Shown piece after piece: positions 40,268 through 52,685 of a DNA stretch of 64,000 bases (position 1 is the first letter of the stretch; each line of letters begins with the position of its first letter). The notes beneath the pieces are model-generated. The model was given only the letters and a program-made list of their open reading frames with translations. It was not told the origin of the DNA and did not search any database. Location of the stretch: NCBI GenBank assembly GCA_002269645.1, contig NIVC01000527.1, positions 248,001 to 312,000 on the forward strand, in the 5' to 3' direction. The position numbers and the translations under genes are program-made. Source of the DNA: Macrostomum lignano. Taxonomy: Eukaryota.

Positions 40268-40304
40268 CTGGAATAGCAGCGGGAATTCCGGGAGGCGGTT
40301 TACA

Positions 40305-40530
40305 AGCTCGAAACTTCACAAGCTCGAGGCTTCATGAATCCAAAACTTCACAAGCTCGAGGCTTCATGAATCCAAAACTTCACGAGCTCGAGGCTTCATG
40401 AACTCAATACTTCACGAGCTTGAGGCTTCATGAAATCAAAACTTCACAAGCTCGATGCTTCATGAACTCAAAACTTCACGAGCTCGAGGCTTCATGAACT
40501 CAAAACTTCACAAGCTCGAGACTTCACAAA
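40305..40530. repeat. 32-bp minisatellite
   Basis: Unit aaacttcacaagctcgaggcttcatgaactca. Confidence 0.9.
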
Positions 40531-40861
40531 CTAAAGTCGTCTATTACCCTTCTAGCAGTCACGTGACTTAACTAATACTTAGTCCATATTTTATTCTAAG
40601 CATTTGCTTCAAATAAAAATATTGTACAAGAAAACGAAAATTATTAACTAGCTCAAATTTCTATTGTCAATCAGTGAATTTATTGAGTGATAAAAGCCAG
40701 AGCCACGACTGGCTGCTAGCAGAGCGAATGAAAACAGTGAACTGTCAATTGGTGCGTTTCATTCTACTACAACTATCTTAGCATTGTGACCACAGGGATT
40801 TTCAATCCTTGACAATTTATTACTATCAAATGAAACTAACAAGTATATCTGGGAGAGAATG

Positions 40862-41425
40862 ACCGCCCACAGATGGACTGGGGAGGGGTGACAGCCCACA
40901 GATGGACTAGGGGAGGGGTGACTGCCCTCAGATGGACTAGGGGAGGGGTGACAGCCCACAGATGGACTGGGGAGGGGTGACAGCCCACAGGGGAGGGGTG
41001 ACAGCCCACAGATGGACTGGGGGAGGGGTGACTGCCCTCAGATGGACTAGGGGAGGGGTGACTGCCCTCAGATGGACTGGGGAGGGGTGACAGCCCACAG
41101 GGGAGGGGTGACAGCCCACAGATGGACTGGGGGAGGGGTGACTGCCCTCAGATGGACTGGGGGAGGGGTGACTGCCCTCAGATGGACTGGGGGAGGGGTG
41201 ACAGCCCACAGATGGACTGGGGAGGGGTGACAGCCCACAGATGGACTGGGGAGGGGTGACTGCCCTCAGATGGACTGGGGAGGGGTGACAGCCCACAGGG
41301 GAGGGGTGACAGCCCACAGATGGACTGGGGGAGGGGTGACTGCCCTCAGATGGACTGGGGGAGGGGTGACTGCCCTCAGATGGACTGGGGGAGGGGTGAC
41401 AGCCCACAGATAGACTAGGGGAGGA
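40862..41425. repeat. about 30-bp G-rich minisatellite
   Basis: Unit ggaggggtgacagcccacagatggactggg. Confidence 0.94.
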
Positions 41426-41974
41426 CAGCACAAGGATGAAATCGACTCTTGCTGAAAATTATGCACGAAAATACTGGAGTTCGAGTTAACAGGGCAGTAA
41501 AAAACGTGAGTAGTAGAACATGCATCTGAGCAGAATTTTCATATAAAATTAGTCGCAAATACATTACATGTATGCAATTACAAAACCATGGTTTTACAGT
41601 GCAATCAACAAAGCGCAATAAATCTTTAAAAAACGCATGCAAATCTAATCACCGTAACTAGGCAAGAGCAGTTACAATAATTATATACTACTCAGTAAAT
41701 ACTCGAGTAGCACTCGGAATACACTTATCAATCATTGCATCATCAAATCAATAATTTATAACTTAAGTTTGGCCGCCAAAATGGAAGCCTTGATATAAAT
41801 TTCAATTGCCATCAAACAGAAGATGCATATACACTACTAAGACTCGTATATACTACTTTTCTAATTGACTGGGATAAAAATTATTCAGAGGCACATTGTT
41901 CAGTTCAGTTTACATATATCTGGCATTCTTAGCATTAGCCTAGTAGCTCTTAACATTATTAGCTAAGGTCATTT

Positions 41975-42450
41975 ATAGATAGTTTAAGGTCACTAGTTGA
42001 GGTCATAGCCAAAGGTCACTAGTGGAGGTCATATAGATAGTCTAAGGCCATTAGCTCAGGTCATATAGATATTCTAAGGCCATTAGCTCAGGTCATATAG
42101 ATAGTCTAAGGCCATTAGCTCAGGTCATATAGATAGCCTAGGGTCATTAGCTCAGGTCACATAGATAGTCTAAGGTCACTAGCTCAGGTCATATAGATAA
42201 GTCTAAGGTCACTAGCTCAGGTCATATAGATAGCCTAAGGTCACTAGCTCAGGTCATATAGATAGTCTAAGGTCACTAGCTCAGGTCATATAGATAAGTC
42301 TAAGGTCACTAGCTCAGGTCATATAGATAGCCTAATGTCATTAGCTCAGGTCATATAGATCGCCTAAGGTCACTAGCTCAGGTCATGTAGATAGCCTAAG
42401 GTCACTAGCTCAGGTCACATAGATAGTCTAAGGCCATTAGCTCAGGTCAT
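41975..42450. repeat. 32-bp minisatellite
   Basis: Unit ggtcactagctcaggtcatatagatagtctaa. Confidence 0.93.
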
Positions 42451-42582
42451 GCATTGTCTTCAAAGCCCCTTCATTGCTGCTCATGCCAGGAAACTCAAAC
42501 ACAAGAACTCAAATGTAATCACATATTAGAGTAGGTAGGCACAACATATCGGCACCATAAAAAACAGCCAGTTGCCCCAACT

Positions 42583-42887
42583 CTATCCAGACGCGGCAGC
42601 AGCAGCGGCAGCCGCCTTCAAAGCTTTGTTAGCCCGTTTCAATTCGGCCAAATCTGCCGCCAACTTGTCGGCGTTCTCCTCCATCCGGCGTCGACGCTCC
42701 ACAAGGATGTGATCTTCCAGGTCGATGGTCTCCTTCTGCAGAGTCGATTTGTCCTCTTCACAGCGCAGAACGGCGTCGCAGTGCTGGTGTAGGCCGGCTA
42801 GCAGTTTGTACAGCCGCTTGCCAGTGGGATCGGAAGCTCCAGAGAATACGGCCTCGTCCGCCACGCGATAGGTGCGGTCCAGTTTGC
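42583..42887 (-). CDS. CCDC22: CCDC22 exon 3 (last)
   Basis: GKLDRTYRVADEAVF...KRLYKLLAGLHQHC matches CCDC22 GKLDRTFAVTDELVF...KAYKYLAALHENC; aaacag| in phase 1. Confidence 0.92.
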
Positions 42888-42911
42888 CTGTTTGATTGGG
42901 AATTGAATTTT

Positions 42912-43500
42912 TTATCCCCTGATAGTGTAGCGATTTTTATCCCCTGTGTGACTGTAGCGATTTTTGTCCCCTGTGACTGTACGGATTTTAATCCACTGTG
43001 ACTGTAGGGGTTTTATTCCCCAAGTGACTGTAGGGACTTTTATCCCGATGTGACTGTAAGGATTTTTATTCCGTGACTGTAGGGATTTTTATACTCAGTG
43101 ACTGAAGGGATTTTATTATTTTTTATCCCCAGTGACTGTAGGGATTTTCATTCCCTGTGACTATAGGGATTTTCATCCCCTGTGACTATAGGGATTTTCA
43201 TCCCCTGTGACTATAGGGATTTTCATCCCTGTGACTATAGGGATTTTCATCCCCTGTGACTATAGGGATTTTCATCCCCTGTGACTGTAGGGATTTTCAT
43301 CCCCTGTGACTGTAGGGATCTTCATCCCCTGTGACTGTAGGGATTTTCATCCCGTGACTGTAGGGATTTTCATCCAGTGACTGTAGGGATTTTTATCCTC
43401 TGAGACCGTAGGGATTTTCAACCCTGGGATTCTGGGGATTCACCATTGTTATCCCTTGTTAATGCTTCGATTTTTATCCAATGTGACTGCAGGGATTTAT
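42912..43500. repeat. 25-bp minisatellite (intronic)
   Basis: Unit gtgactgtagggattttcatcccct. Confidence 0.92.
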
Positions 43501-43689
43501 ATCCCCTGGAATTCTTGGGATTTACCAATTCTAGCCCACCGGAATCCTGGGATTTTTTAATTTTTTGGATGATAAGGATAATTGTCCCTTAGAGAATATT
43601 AGGACTTTCTAATAGAATAGGCAACTTTTTTATCCCATATTCCCCGAAAGAATCAAATTCGACAACCTCCCCCCATCTCCAGCACCAAC

Positions 43690-44080
43690 CAGTGAGCCGG
43701 TTAATCTCCTTCTGCGCCGCCCGCAGTTCGTCGCTAATCCGGCCCAGCTCGGCTCGCTGCTTCTTCAAATTGGCGGCAAAATCAAGCAGGCCGCGGGTCA
43801 GCTCCCGCCTGCGCGTCAGGCTCGGGTCGCCCTCGGCCAGGCGGCGGGCCAGCCGGTCGGCCGCCCGCTGCAGCAGCTCCCGTTCGGCCTCGCGGGCGCG
43901 CAGATCCTCCCGGCAGGCGGCCAAGTCGGCGCGGGATTCGCGCAGCTCGTCGAGGCGGCCGGCCAGCACGGAGCTGCGCGCGTCCAGCTCGGCTTGGAGG
44001 GCGCGGCGCTCCGCCTCCATGGCGGCCCGGCGCTCCGCCCACTGCTCGGACTGGCGGGCCAGCTTGGCCTCTTGAGCAGC
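43690..44080 (-). CDS. CCDC22: CCDC22 exon 2 (coiled coil)
   Basis: AAQEAKLARQSEQW...RRELTRGLLDFAANLKKQRAELGRISDELRAAQKEINRLT; ctccag| and |gttggt. Confidence 0.9.
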
Positions 44081-44576
44081 CTGGAGCAGCGGCAGGGTTG
44101 GCACACAGAATAAACAAGCTTAAGGAGAATTTCGAATTCGGGATCTGTGCAAAGGAATATCGCATTCGCATTGAAGCGAGTTGTCAGGGGCAATCCCCAG
44201 GAATTCTCTTAGACCGCCTTAAAATCCTCAGATGACTTGCTGTAAATAGTTTTCCGGCGAAATTCCTTTTCCATAATTCCCCCCTGACATAGGATTCGTT
44301 TTGGTATACCCCTTGTGATACCCTTTGACATTCATCTTTATGATTCCGACTCAAAGTTTTCCCTGACATGTGCTTTACTCTAGGATCTATCCGTAGGAAT
44401 TCCCCCTGACACGTGCTTCACTCTAGGATCTATTCGTAGGAATTCCCCTCAGGATTCCCCCTGACATGTGCCTCTGCATGAATCTTCCACTGAAGTACCT
44501 GCTGAAGTTAGCCTCGCTAAAATCCCCCCGAAATTTCCCATAGGTCATAGGGAAGAAGAGGCAAGTGGCAAATCAC

Positions 44577-45776
44577 CTGAGCCTCCTCCAGCCTGTCCGC
44601 CTCCCCAGCGGCCAGCAGCTCTGCCGCTTTCAGCCGGGTCTGAGCCTCCTGCCGCTCCCGCTGCTCCCACGCGTCGGCGGCGGCCTGCGCCTCGGCAGTT
44701 TGAGCGTCCAACTTGGCGGCCCGGCGCTCCGCTTTGCCCGTCGCCTTGGCAACCGCTTCAAGCTCGGTGCGCAGCCGTTCAAGATCTTCCCGAGCCCGAG
44801 CTGCTCGCGCTTCGGCAGACTCGGTGGCCTCCGTCTCCGCAGATTTGAGCAGCTGCTGGTGCTCGTCGTTTGCGGACTTTTTCCGCGTCGGCTTCGGCGG
44901 CTTTGGCGGCGGCGGAGGTCGACGCCCGCCGGCAGCCTGTTTGACGGCGTCGGCAACAGCCTGGCGAAGCGAGCGCGGCAGCAACTCGACGTCGATGCCG
45001 ACACCACCGGACTCCGTGTCGGCTGTCGATGGTCTGGTGCCAATGGCGGCCTCCTCCTCGCGCCGCTCGGCCAGCAGCAGCGAAGCCGTCCATGACAGCA
45101 GCGAGGGGCCCGGCGCTGCCGAGGCCGCCCAAAAGCCCGGCCGGCCGGCCGGACCGCAGAAAAACGGCAGGCCGCGCTGGAACTGCCGCACAGATGGCGG
45201 AATTTCAGAGCCGGCCGCGGCCGGAGCGGCCCGGTTTGGCACGCACGGATAGACGGTGCGGAACTCGCAGGGGCCGCCGCCACCGCCCTCAAAGCACAGG
45301 CCGCCCTGGCGGAGGGCGAAGCCGTCCGGCCTGCAGCAGGCGGGCAGCCAAGGCGCGGCCAGCTGGGCCCGGCACCTGGCCGCGATCAGCCGGTCCAGCA
45401 GCTGCTGCCCAGACGCCCCAGTCAGGGCGTCCTTCAATTCCCCAGCCTCGTCCTTCGGCAGGCGCTCAACTAGGAACACCAGCAGCGAGCGGGCGTCTCG
45501 TTCGCTGGGGTACAGCAGGCTCTGATAGCCCAGCTCGCCTCTGTAGCCCAGGCCTCGGACAGCCTCGGCCAGCTGCTGTCCGATCCGGTAGCGGATGTTC
45601 ATGCCGTCAGGCAGGGTGATGGAGAATGACTCGTCTGGTTGCATGAGTCGCAGGCAGCGGCCCACAGCTTCCACCATCATCTCGGCAGTGAGCTGGCCAA
45701 TTGAGGTCACCTTCGGGTCCCAGTCGCAGCCAATGGAGACCAACTGGCGAATAACGTTTCTGTCCACTTCCTCCAT
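44577..45776 (-). CDS. CCDC22: CCDC22 exon 1
   Basis: MEEVDRNVIRQL...TAEMMVEAVGRCL...LGYRGELGYQSLLYPSE...LVFLVERLP matches the CCDC22 N-terminus; donor |gtgatt in phase 0. Confidence 0.95.
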
Positions 45777-46062
45777 TGGGTGGGATGCTAACTGACTGTA
45801 ATGGGGGATTGTTTCGATAAAAATTAATGTGTTTCAATAATACAACCAATTAAGCCTTGATAATTAGTGCTAGTTGCATTCAAATTAAGTATCTAGAAGA
45901 CACCAAATTTAATGTGTTCCTAGTCATCATTGTTTAAGTTTGGATTTTAAGTGTAAAAAAATATGAAAAATTCCATTGCATCCTCATCAACCTAATCTTG
46001 ATCCTTATCTTCATATATGCACAACCCCGCCCCCGCCAATTTACACTGGCCGTGCAACTTAT

Positions 46063-46153
46063 GTTAAACAGTAGGAGTAACTATGACTGTGTTTATATCT
46101 ATTTTAGCTAGGCCCTTGCCAGCCAGCCATTGGCAGGGTGTTGCGCATGAATG
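46063..46153 (+). other. decayed 28S rRNA fragment, copy 2
   Basis: gttaaacagtaggagtaactatgact (22/26 to 28S GGTAAACGGCGGGAGTAACTATGACT), plus gcgcatgaatg at 46143-46153. Confidence 0.5.
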
Positions 46154-47269
46154 CCTCACCTTACCATTCCATTTCCATTTGCATCAATCTCCACTTCATT
46201 AGATTTACCATCAATGATCATAAATTATCTTTATCAAATATTCATTGTCAATCATACTATTCATTTGTCTTATATTCAAAGTTAAACATTAATTTTAACT
46301 TTTAAAAAATTAATAATCTAACAAAATATCTATATTAAAATAATATAGATAGTCTTAAGAGTGGAAATACCATGCCAATGACATTTACTACATGACTACA
46401 TGACTACAACACTATGCATACTAATAGACAATGAAATTAAAATTTTAAGTGATTGATAAATATTTATTATTATTATTATAGAGCTATTGGACTAAAAAGG
46501 ACCTAAAAAATCCCTATGTCTATATGGAATAAAAATAATTTTTATATTCTCTGTGACATATTGTGCATATGGTAAAACTATCTAAGACCTTGCTAAAAAC
46601 AAGAATTCCCATAAAACTGCATTTTTAAAAGTATAAAACAGTTGTAGCACAGTATCTCCAATTAGCAAGGATAGTAGTTGGGTGGTCATCCCTTTCCCTA
46701 ATTAATTTTTAGAATTAGTGCAATGCATTATACTAAAATCTTACCAAAAATGCATTTATTAAAAAATTATTATGGTCATCCCATAGAGAGATAGGAGCCT
46801 AGGAGGGTAGTGACCTAGTGGCTGCAGCCCTTTCTATCTAACCACTTATACAACCACTGGTATGAAGGGAGTTGAGACAAGTCTAAGTAAGTTTATTATA
46901 CTATAGTCAATATAGACCTATTTAATCTTAAATTAATCTTATATAATACAAATTACAATTATTTTCTATTGTTCAATATTAATCTACAATAACAATATGT
47001 ATAGGCCCTATATTGTTGCTATAAAATTAATTTGGACTATTTTTTAATCTTAATACAATTGAAATAAAAAATGAACACTAAAAGCCAGGTTAGAAATTTT
47101 GAGTATTATATAAGCTTTTCATTTTTAGACTGCAAAGTATAATACCAGTACTAGTACTAGGCCATATTTAGTTAATATGCCTTTTTTGATATGCCACACT
47201 AAAGAGACATGGTGGCCATGTCTATAATCCAAAACATAAAAACGACAGCCATGTCTCTAATAGTCCCTA

Positions 47270-47460
47270 AGTCTATACTTATAGACATGGCTGGCTCTAA
47301 TATTATATTAAGCTCTAATATTATAGACTGTATTTCTAATAGTGCCCAAGTCTATACTTATAGACATGGCTGGCTCTAATATTATATTAAGCTCTAATAT
47401 TATAGACTGTATCTCTAATAGTACTTACATCTATACTTATAGACATGGTGGCCCAGTTAA
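47270..47460. repeat. 79-bp tandem repeat, about 2.5 copies
   Basis: gacatgg recurs at 47284, 47363 and 47442. Confidence 0.85.
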
Positions 47461-47753
47461 TATTAGAGCTTATAGACATGGCGATTTGGCAACCATGTCT
47501 ATATAATATAGAATATATCTTACACTGGAGACAGCAGCCATGTCTATAATACCTGCATAGCGCCAGCAGCAATATCATTAATATTGAATAGCAAATGAAT
47601 TTATTGACACAATTTAAAGCAATAGTAGCTACCATGCCTATAAGCTGTAAGCTCCAACATTTTTTGACATGGCCACTGTGTCTAGATACCTGGTATAAGT
47701 ACTCCATTTTTGATATGGCTTGATTTTATTCTTTATCCCAATCCCATTAAATA

Positions 47754-48530
47754 CGAGGGTGTTGCAAAAGTTTCCGGACTAGTGTTCGCTAAAGCACAAT
47801 TCTTATCAGATTTGGATGAGGTTTCATCCATAAACTATTTGGTTATTAATAAGTGCCAGGCTAAAATGTTGCATGACTAGGACAAACACAGCCTACATTA
47901 GAGCCAAGTTAAGCCTGAGGGTCTATGTTATTTCACACGATTTCACTCGAAGAATGAGCCGACCAAAAAACAACTCAGATTTTGGTTCGAAAGAAAGTCA
48001 ACGTCACTTCATTATGGCATGTCAGCGCATGGGTAAGACACCAACGCAGACTTTTAACAAAGTTTGCACTGCTTTCGGTGATCATGCGTTGGGTCGCACA
48101 CAAGTGTTTGCCCACCACCGACTTGCTGCTGAAGATCAAACAAGCGTCGCTGATGCTGCTCGCTCTGGCCGTCCGCGTTCCAGCACAGATGACAACAATG
48201 CGGCTGCCGTGCTCCAATATTTGGAGGCAAACCCATCTGCATGTGTGCGTGAAGTGGAGAGTGTGTGCGGCGTTCACTACTCGTCTGTGAGTCGCATTCT
48301 CCAACGCCACGGCTGGTCGAAGATCTGTGCTAAGCTAAGTGGGTGCCACGCGAGCTGACAGAAGAACACAAAAAAGCACGGGTGCGATGTTCGGCAGACA
48401 ACTGGGCTGTATGGAACGAGCTTGGTGATGAGAAGTTCAAGGAGCTTGTAATCACAATGGACGAGACGCCGCTGCCAATGTTTAATCCACTGACAAAGCA
48501 GCAGTCGATGCAGTGGGGGCCAAAGGGGTT
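47754..48530 (+). mobile_element. 3'-truncated mariner transposon with a frameshifted transposase
   Basis: TA|CGAGGG TIR start; ATG 47954; HTH region with RSGRP; (W)VPREL after a frameshift near 48335; ITMDET (first catalytic D). No right TIR seen. Confidence 0.88.
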
Positions 48531-51500
48531 CATGAGGAAAGGAAGACATGCTTTGCCGCTCACCGATTGGGCCGCCATGTTTCAATTCTAACCGGTTGGT
48601 TGGAGGGCAGCCCCCACCTTCAGAGAATGACTGCACTCAACTTCTGCGGTCGATAACCAAGTTAGCCCAATTCCCGAGTCCCGAGCAATATTGAGAGCCA
48701 ACCAATCCATGCAATGGGACATTCTCTCTCTAAACTTTGCCGAAGGGAGACTAAATCGGCTTTGAATGCAAAGGAAAGAGCGAAATAAATTTACAGTGTG
48801 TGTGGATTCCAGGTTTTCAGATCACGGCTTCTCGGGCCATGTGGTGTAATGTGAACATGCAGGAAGCTACCCAATAACTGCGTCAGCACTGACATTGAAA
48901 TCCTTTTCAGCATTCTCCATTCCCACTACAGGATTAAGCGTGCTGACAGTAATTTGGGCAGGGCGGCACAGAGACAGAGACTATATATAACTTTTAAGAG
49001 ACAATTAATTGATCAGGTGACTGCTGTCAAGGGTTGGGTCAAAGGCTGTCGCCAAGTAATCGACCATTGGTCTTCTTGCCGACAGCTTCTGGTTCCCTCC
49101 TCCTTGGCTTATCGACGGAGACTTCATAGAAAGTCAAACTGATAGCCAACTTTCTTGTGCTGGGCCAGAAGATGTTGAGCAGGCTTTATTTTTAGAAGGC
49201 ATTCTTGTCTCATTCAGAGAAGAAATTCATTTACTAATTTGCTTATGACCTTCCAAAAAGAAGGCCTGCTCACCTCCTTCTGCCCCAGCACAAGTAAGTT
49301 GGCTGTCAGTTTGACGAGGTGTCTCACCTAGTTATAGACGAGTTGAAACATCTTTCGTAATTAAAAAAATTAATCTAGAGACTTAAGAGACTTCAAAGCC
49401 GAGAACTCCGAATATTCTAACAGAACAAAAAAGCCTGGGGTGCTGAAACGCAATATGGTGTCTAAACTCTGAAGTGACTGTGACCGTGAATAAAAACACT
49501 AGAATAGTATGCTCACATTTTCCAAAAGAGTGTCACAAATCCTAATATTTCACGGGGAGTCAGTCAGCTTCTTTGCCTCGGTGCTGTCTTTTGCTGATTA
49601 ACTGTGGCTCAGGAGGAAAGGAAGACATGCTTTGCCGCTCACCGACTGGCCGTGATGTTTAACTTCCAGGGTTTGCTTGAGGGCAGCTCCGCCTTCAGAG
49701 GATGCACTCAATATATTTCGGGACCCGATAGCCAAATAGCGCATTAATCCCAAACAGTATGGACTCCAGAGAGCAACCCAATCCCTGAAATAGGACATTC
49801 TCTTTTAAGACACTTCCAAAGAGAGTCTAAACTGGCTACGAAAACAAAATGGAAAGGGCAAATAAATTTACTGTGGCAAAGGGAAACAGGAAATACATAT
49901 TTGCATGATGCAAAATACAATTAAGGATTCGGGATTCATAAACACATTTTCTCGGTTGCAGCATAACAAGCTGTCTAGTCAGCAATGTCCAGGATTGAAA
50001 ATTCAGCTTCCGAAAACGGAGTATAGAGAGGGAGAGAGGAGAGCGGAGGATAGAGAGGAGAGCGCTCGAATGGCGCTTCAGTCTTTTGTTAGTGTGCGGT
50101 GCTAAATATTTTTCAGTGCTGTGTTGTCGAAGTCCTAGAGTCCGTCTTTGCTCTTACGTCACAAAAGATTCTCATTGAGCAGATTATATGTTAGATAATC
50201 AGATTCCTCAAGCAGCGGGCAATTCGACTATTTCCACTGAGGTCAAATCGGCCAAAAATTAAATCGCTGCATTTAGCACCTTTCGCACCCCTGATATGTT
50301 TTATGTTTTACGCAACATGAAATGCTAGGGACTTCATGAGGGCGCCTGAGGCGATGAGGCAATAGACTGACACGCAGCAAGCAGGTAACATTGTACTCAT
50401 ATTGAACACTGATTTGGCCTTATTGTGTAATTCGCACATTTTGGGGCTCTGCCTCGTCAAAATTTTACCCTGTCGTGAAATGGGATAACGAAAAGCTTGG
50501 AAACTGATAGGTGAGACAGTGACTTCAGTGCGGGCTTCTGTCCTTGCGCAACATGCAGGGCCATCCGTGCGAGTGAAGCAGTTGAAATACTGAAGGAGCA
50601 GCCTAATACTCATAAAAAGGGGAAAGAAAAACAAACACGAACCAAGTAAATTTCTTCGCACATTTCATTCACACATTCACAAGTTTTCAATTCGAATGTG
50701 TCATTTGGCTTTTTGCAACAAGAGGGCACTACGGCTCGAATGCGGGCAGCAGGACTATTTATTCATGTTGCATTGCACGTGGAAATAGTCTCTTCGTATC
50801 CCAATATTCTCAATTCTCCTCATATTCTCCCTGTCTCTTCAATCCCCTCATATTCTCCTTGTCTCTTCAATCCCCTCATTTCCTCCAGTCTCATTTTCTC
50901 CTCCCTCCTCTCCACTCACTCTAGTAGTCTTTCACTCTGCGAATCTGTCACTCTATTAGTCTGTCACTCACTCTCCTCAGCTTTCCAGCTCACTGACACT
51001 GAAATTCCCTGCTCATCTATTGCCTGATAATATGCATGACCATCCCCAGATTAAAATCAACAGAATACGAAGATGGATAGAATGGAAATTGCCGCAAAAA
51101 AGTTTTCGTGTCTTCGAATTTCCATTGCAGCCATGCATGAGCCCTGTCACAACTGTACTAGTAAAACTAAACGGAGCGGAGGGAAGCGGAAAGCGATCCG
51201 AGAGGGGCAAAGTAGTCGAACTAGGTAGCATTTCTATCCTCAAATCCTCAAATCTTCACTCACGCTCTCAAATCCCATCACTCTCTCCCTCTCTCCGCCT
51301 TTGCCTCGCTTTCGTTCCCTCCGTCTCTCTTGTTCTGACACAGAAATTCCCCTTAGCACTTTAGCTCACTGACCATTCGCAGATGATAATAATAATAATA
51401 ATAAGTGAGTTGGAAATTTGTATCGGTCGACAATTAGCTGACATTTGATGAGCCATTCTTTGACAAATGAGCACGCGATGTAGATGGCCTAAGGTGGATT

Positions 51501-51740
51501 GCTTCAATATGCTCGCTTAATTTGATTGGCTGGCAGTTCTGTCCTTGACACCCCAGACCTTGTGCCGGACGCCTCTCTCATATAAATTGTCGACGTTTCA
51601 TTTTCCTTCAATAAAAAGGAAAGTTTTCTTTGATAACTTTTAATTTCCCACGCTATCATACAATTTAAAGCCACTGCATGAACTTCGAAATAGGTTTAAG
51701 CAAGTGCTTACAATTTGAGTTTGACCAGCCAGGCCCACTC

Positions 51741-52160
51741 ATGGAGAGCCTTGCCTCAGCGACTTTGGATACACCGATTTCGATTGCTGAGGTAGTACGC
51801 ACCCAGCTCTGCGGCGCTTCCGGATCGCCATCAAGCGCCAGCAGCGGCGCTTCCGGATCGCCATCAAGCGCCAGCAGCAGCGCTTCCGGATCGCCATCAA
51901 GCGCCAGCAGCGGCGCTTCCGGATCGCCATCAAGCGCCAGCAGCGGCGCTTCCGGATCGCCATCAAGCGCCAGCAGCGGCGCTTCCGGATCGCCATCAAG
52001 CGACAGCAGCGGCGCTTCCGGATCGCCATCAAGCGCCAGCAGCGGCGCTTCCGGATCGCCATCAAGCGCCAGCAGCGGCGTGTCGGACAACGGCGACAAC
52101 GACTGCTACGTCGCTAACGGCGTGAACAACGGCAGCGGCTGCAACGGCACCAACTCTAAC
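51741..52160 (+). CDS. candidate first exon of the recombinase-PWWP gene (Ser/Gly repeat); 3' boundary uncertain
   Basis: MESLASATLDTPISIAEVVRTQLC followed by in-frame 33-bp repeats (GASGSPSSASS)x8. No clear donor found. Confidence 0.4.
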
Positions 52161-52438
52161 GTCTCTACTCTTCCCCCTGTCTCCACTCTTCCCCTGTCTC
52201 CACTCTTCCCCTGTCTCCACTCTTCCCCCTGTCTCCACTCTCCCTTGTTCCGCGATCACACATGTGCTAGTTTCTTCACATATATTGTATTGTTTTTTGT
52301 TCTCTTGACCCTTAATTGTTAGTTTTGCCATGTTCTATAAAAATAGGTTGACTGAAACTGGCTTATACTTATCTATTGCAAAGAACGAAAATAACGAACT
52401 TCTGATTTATTTTTAAATGACCCCTTGAACTGGCACAG

Positions 52439-52685
52439 ACCGGCAACAGCTCTGCCAGACGGCAGCGCTTCAGCAGCCGTGGTGCCAGACGGCAGCGCTT
52501 CAGCAGCCGTGGTGCCAGACGGCAGCGCTTCAGCAGACGGCAACTTTTGCCAGCTGTGTTCACTAATCATTCCGGGCACTGCTGACAATTTTCGGAAGCA
52601 TAAAGCACGCTGGCATGCCGACGAGCTTGTTCCACTTGTAGACAAGCCGGTCAACGTGCAAGAGTTGACCGATGAAGCCCATCAG
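52439..52685 (+). CDS. recombinase-PWWP gene exon with a C2H2-type zinc finger
   Basis: CQLCSLIIPGTADNFRKHKARWH (C-x2-C...H-x4-H); strong donor cag|gtaagg in phase 0. Acceptor is 52439 or 52450. Confidence 0.65.
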
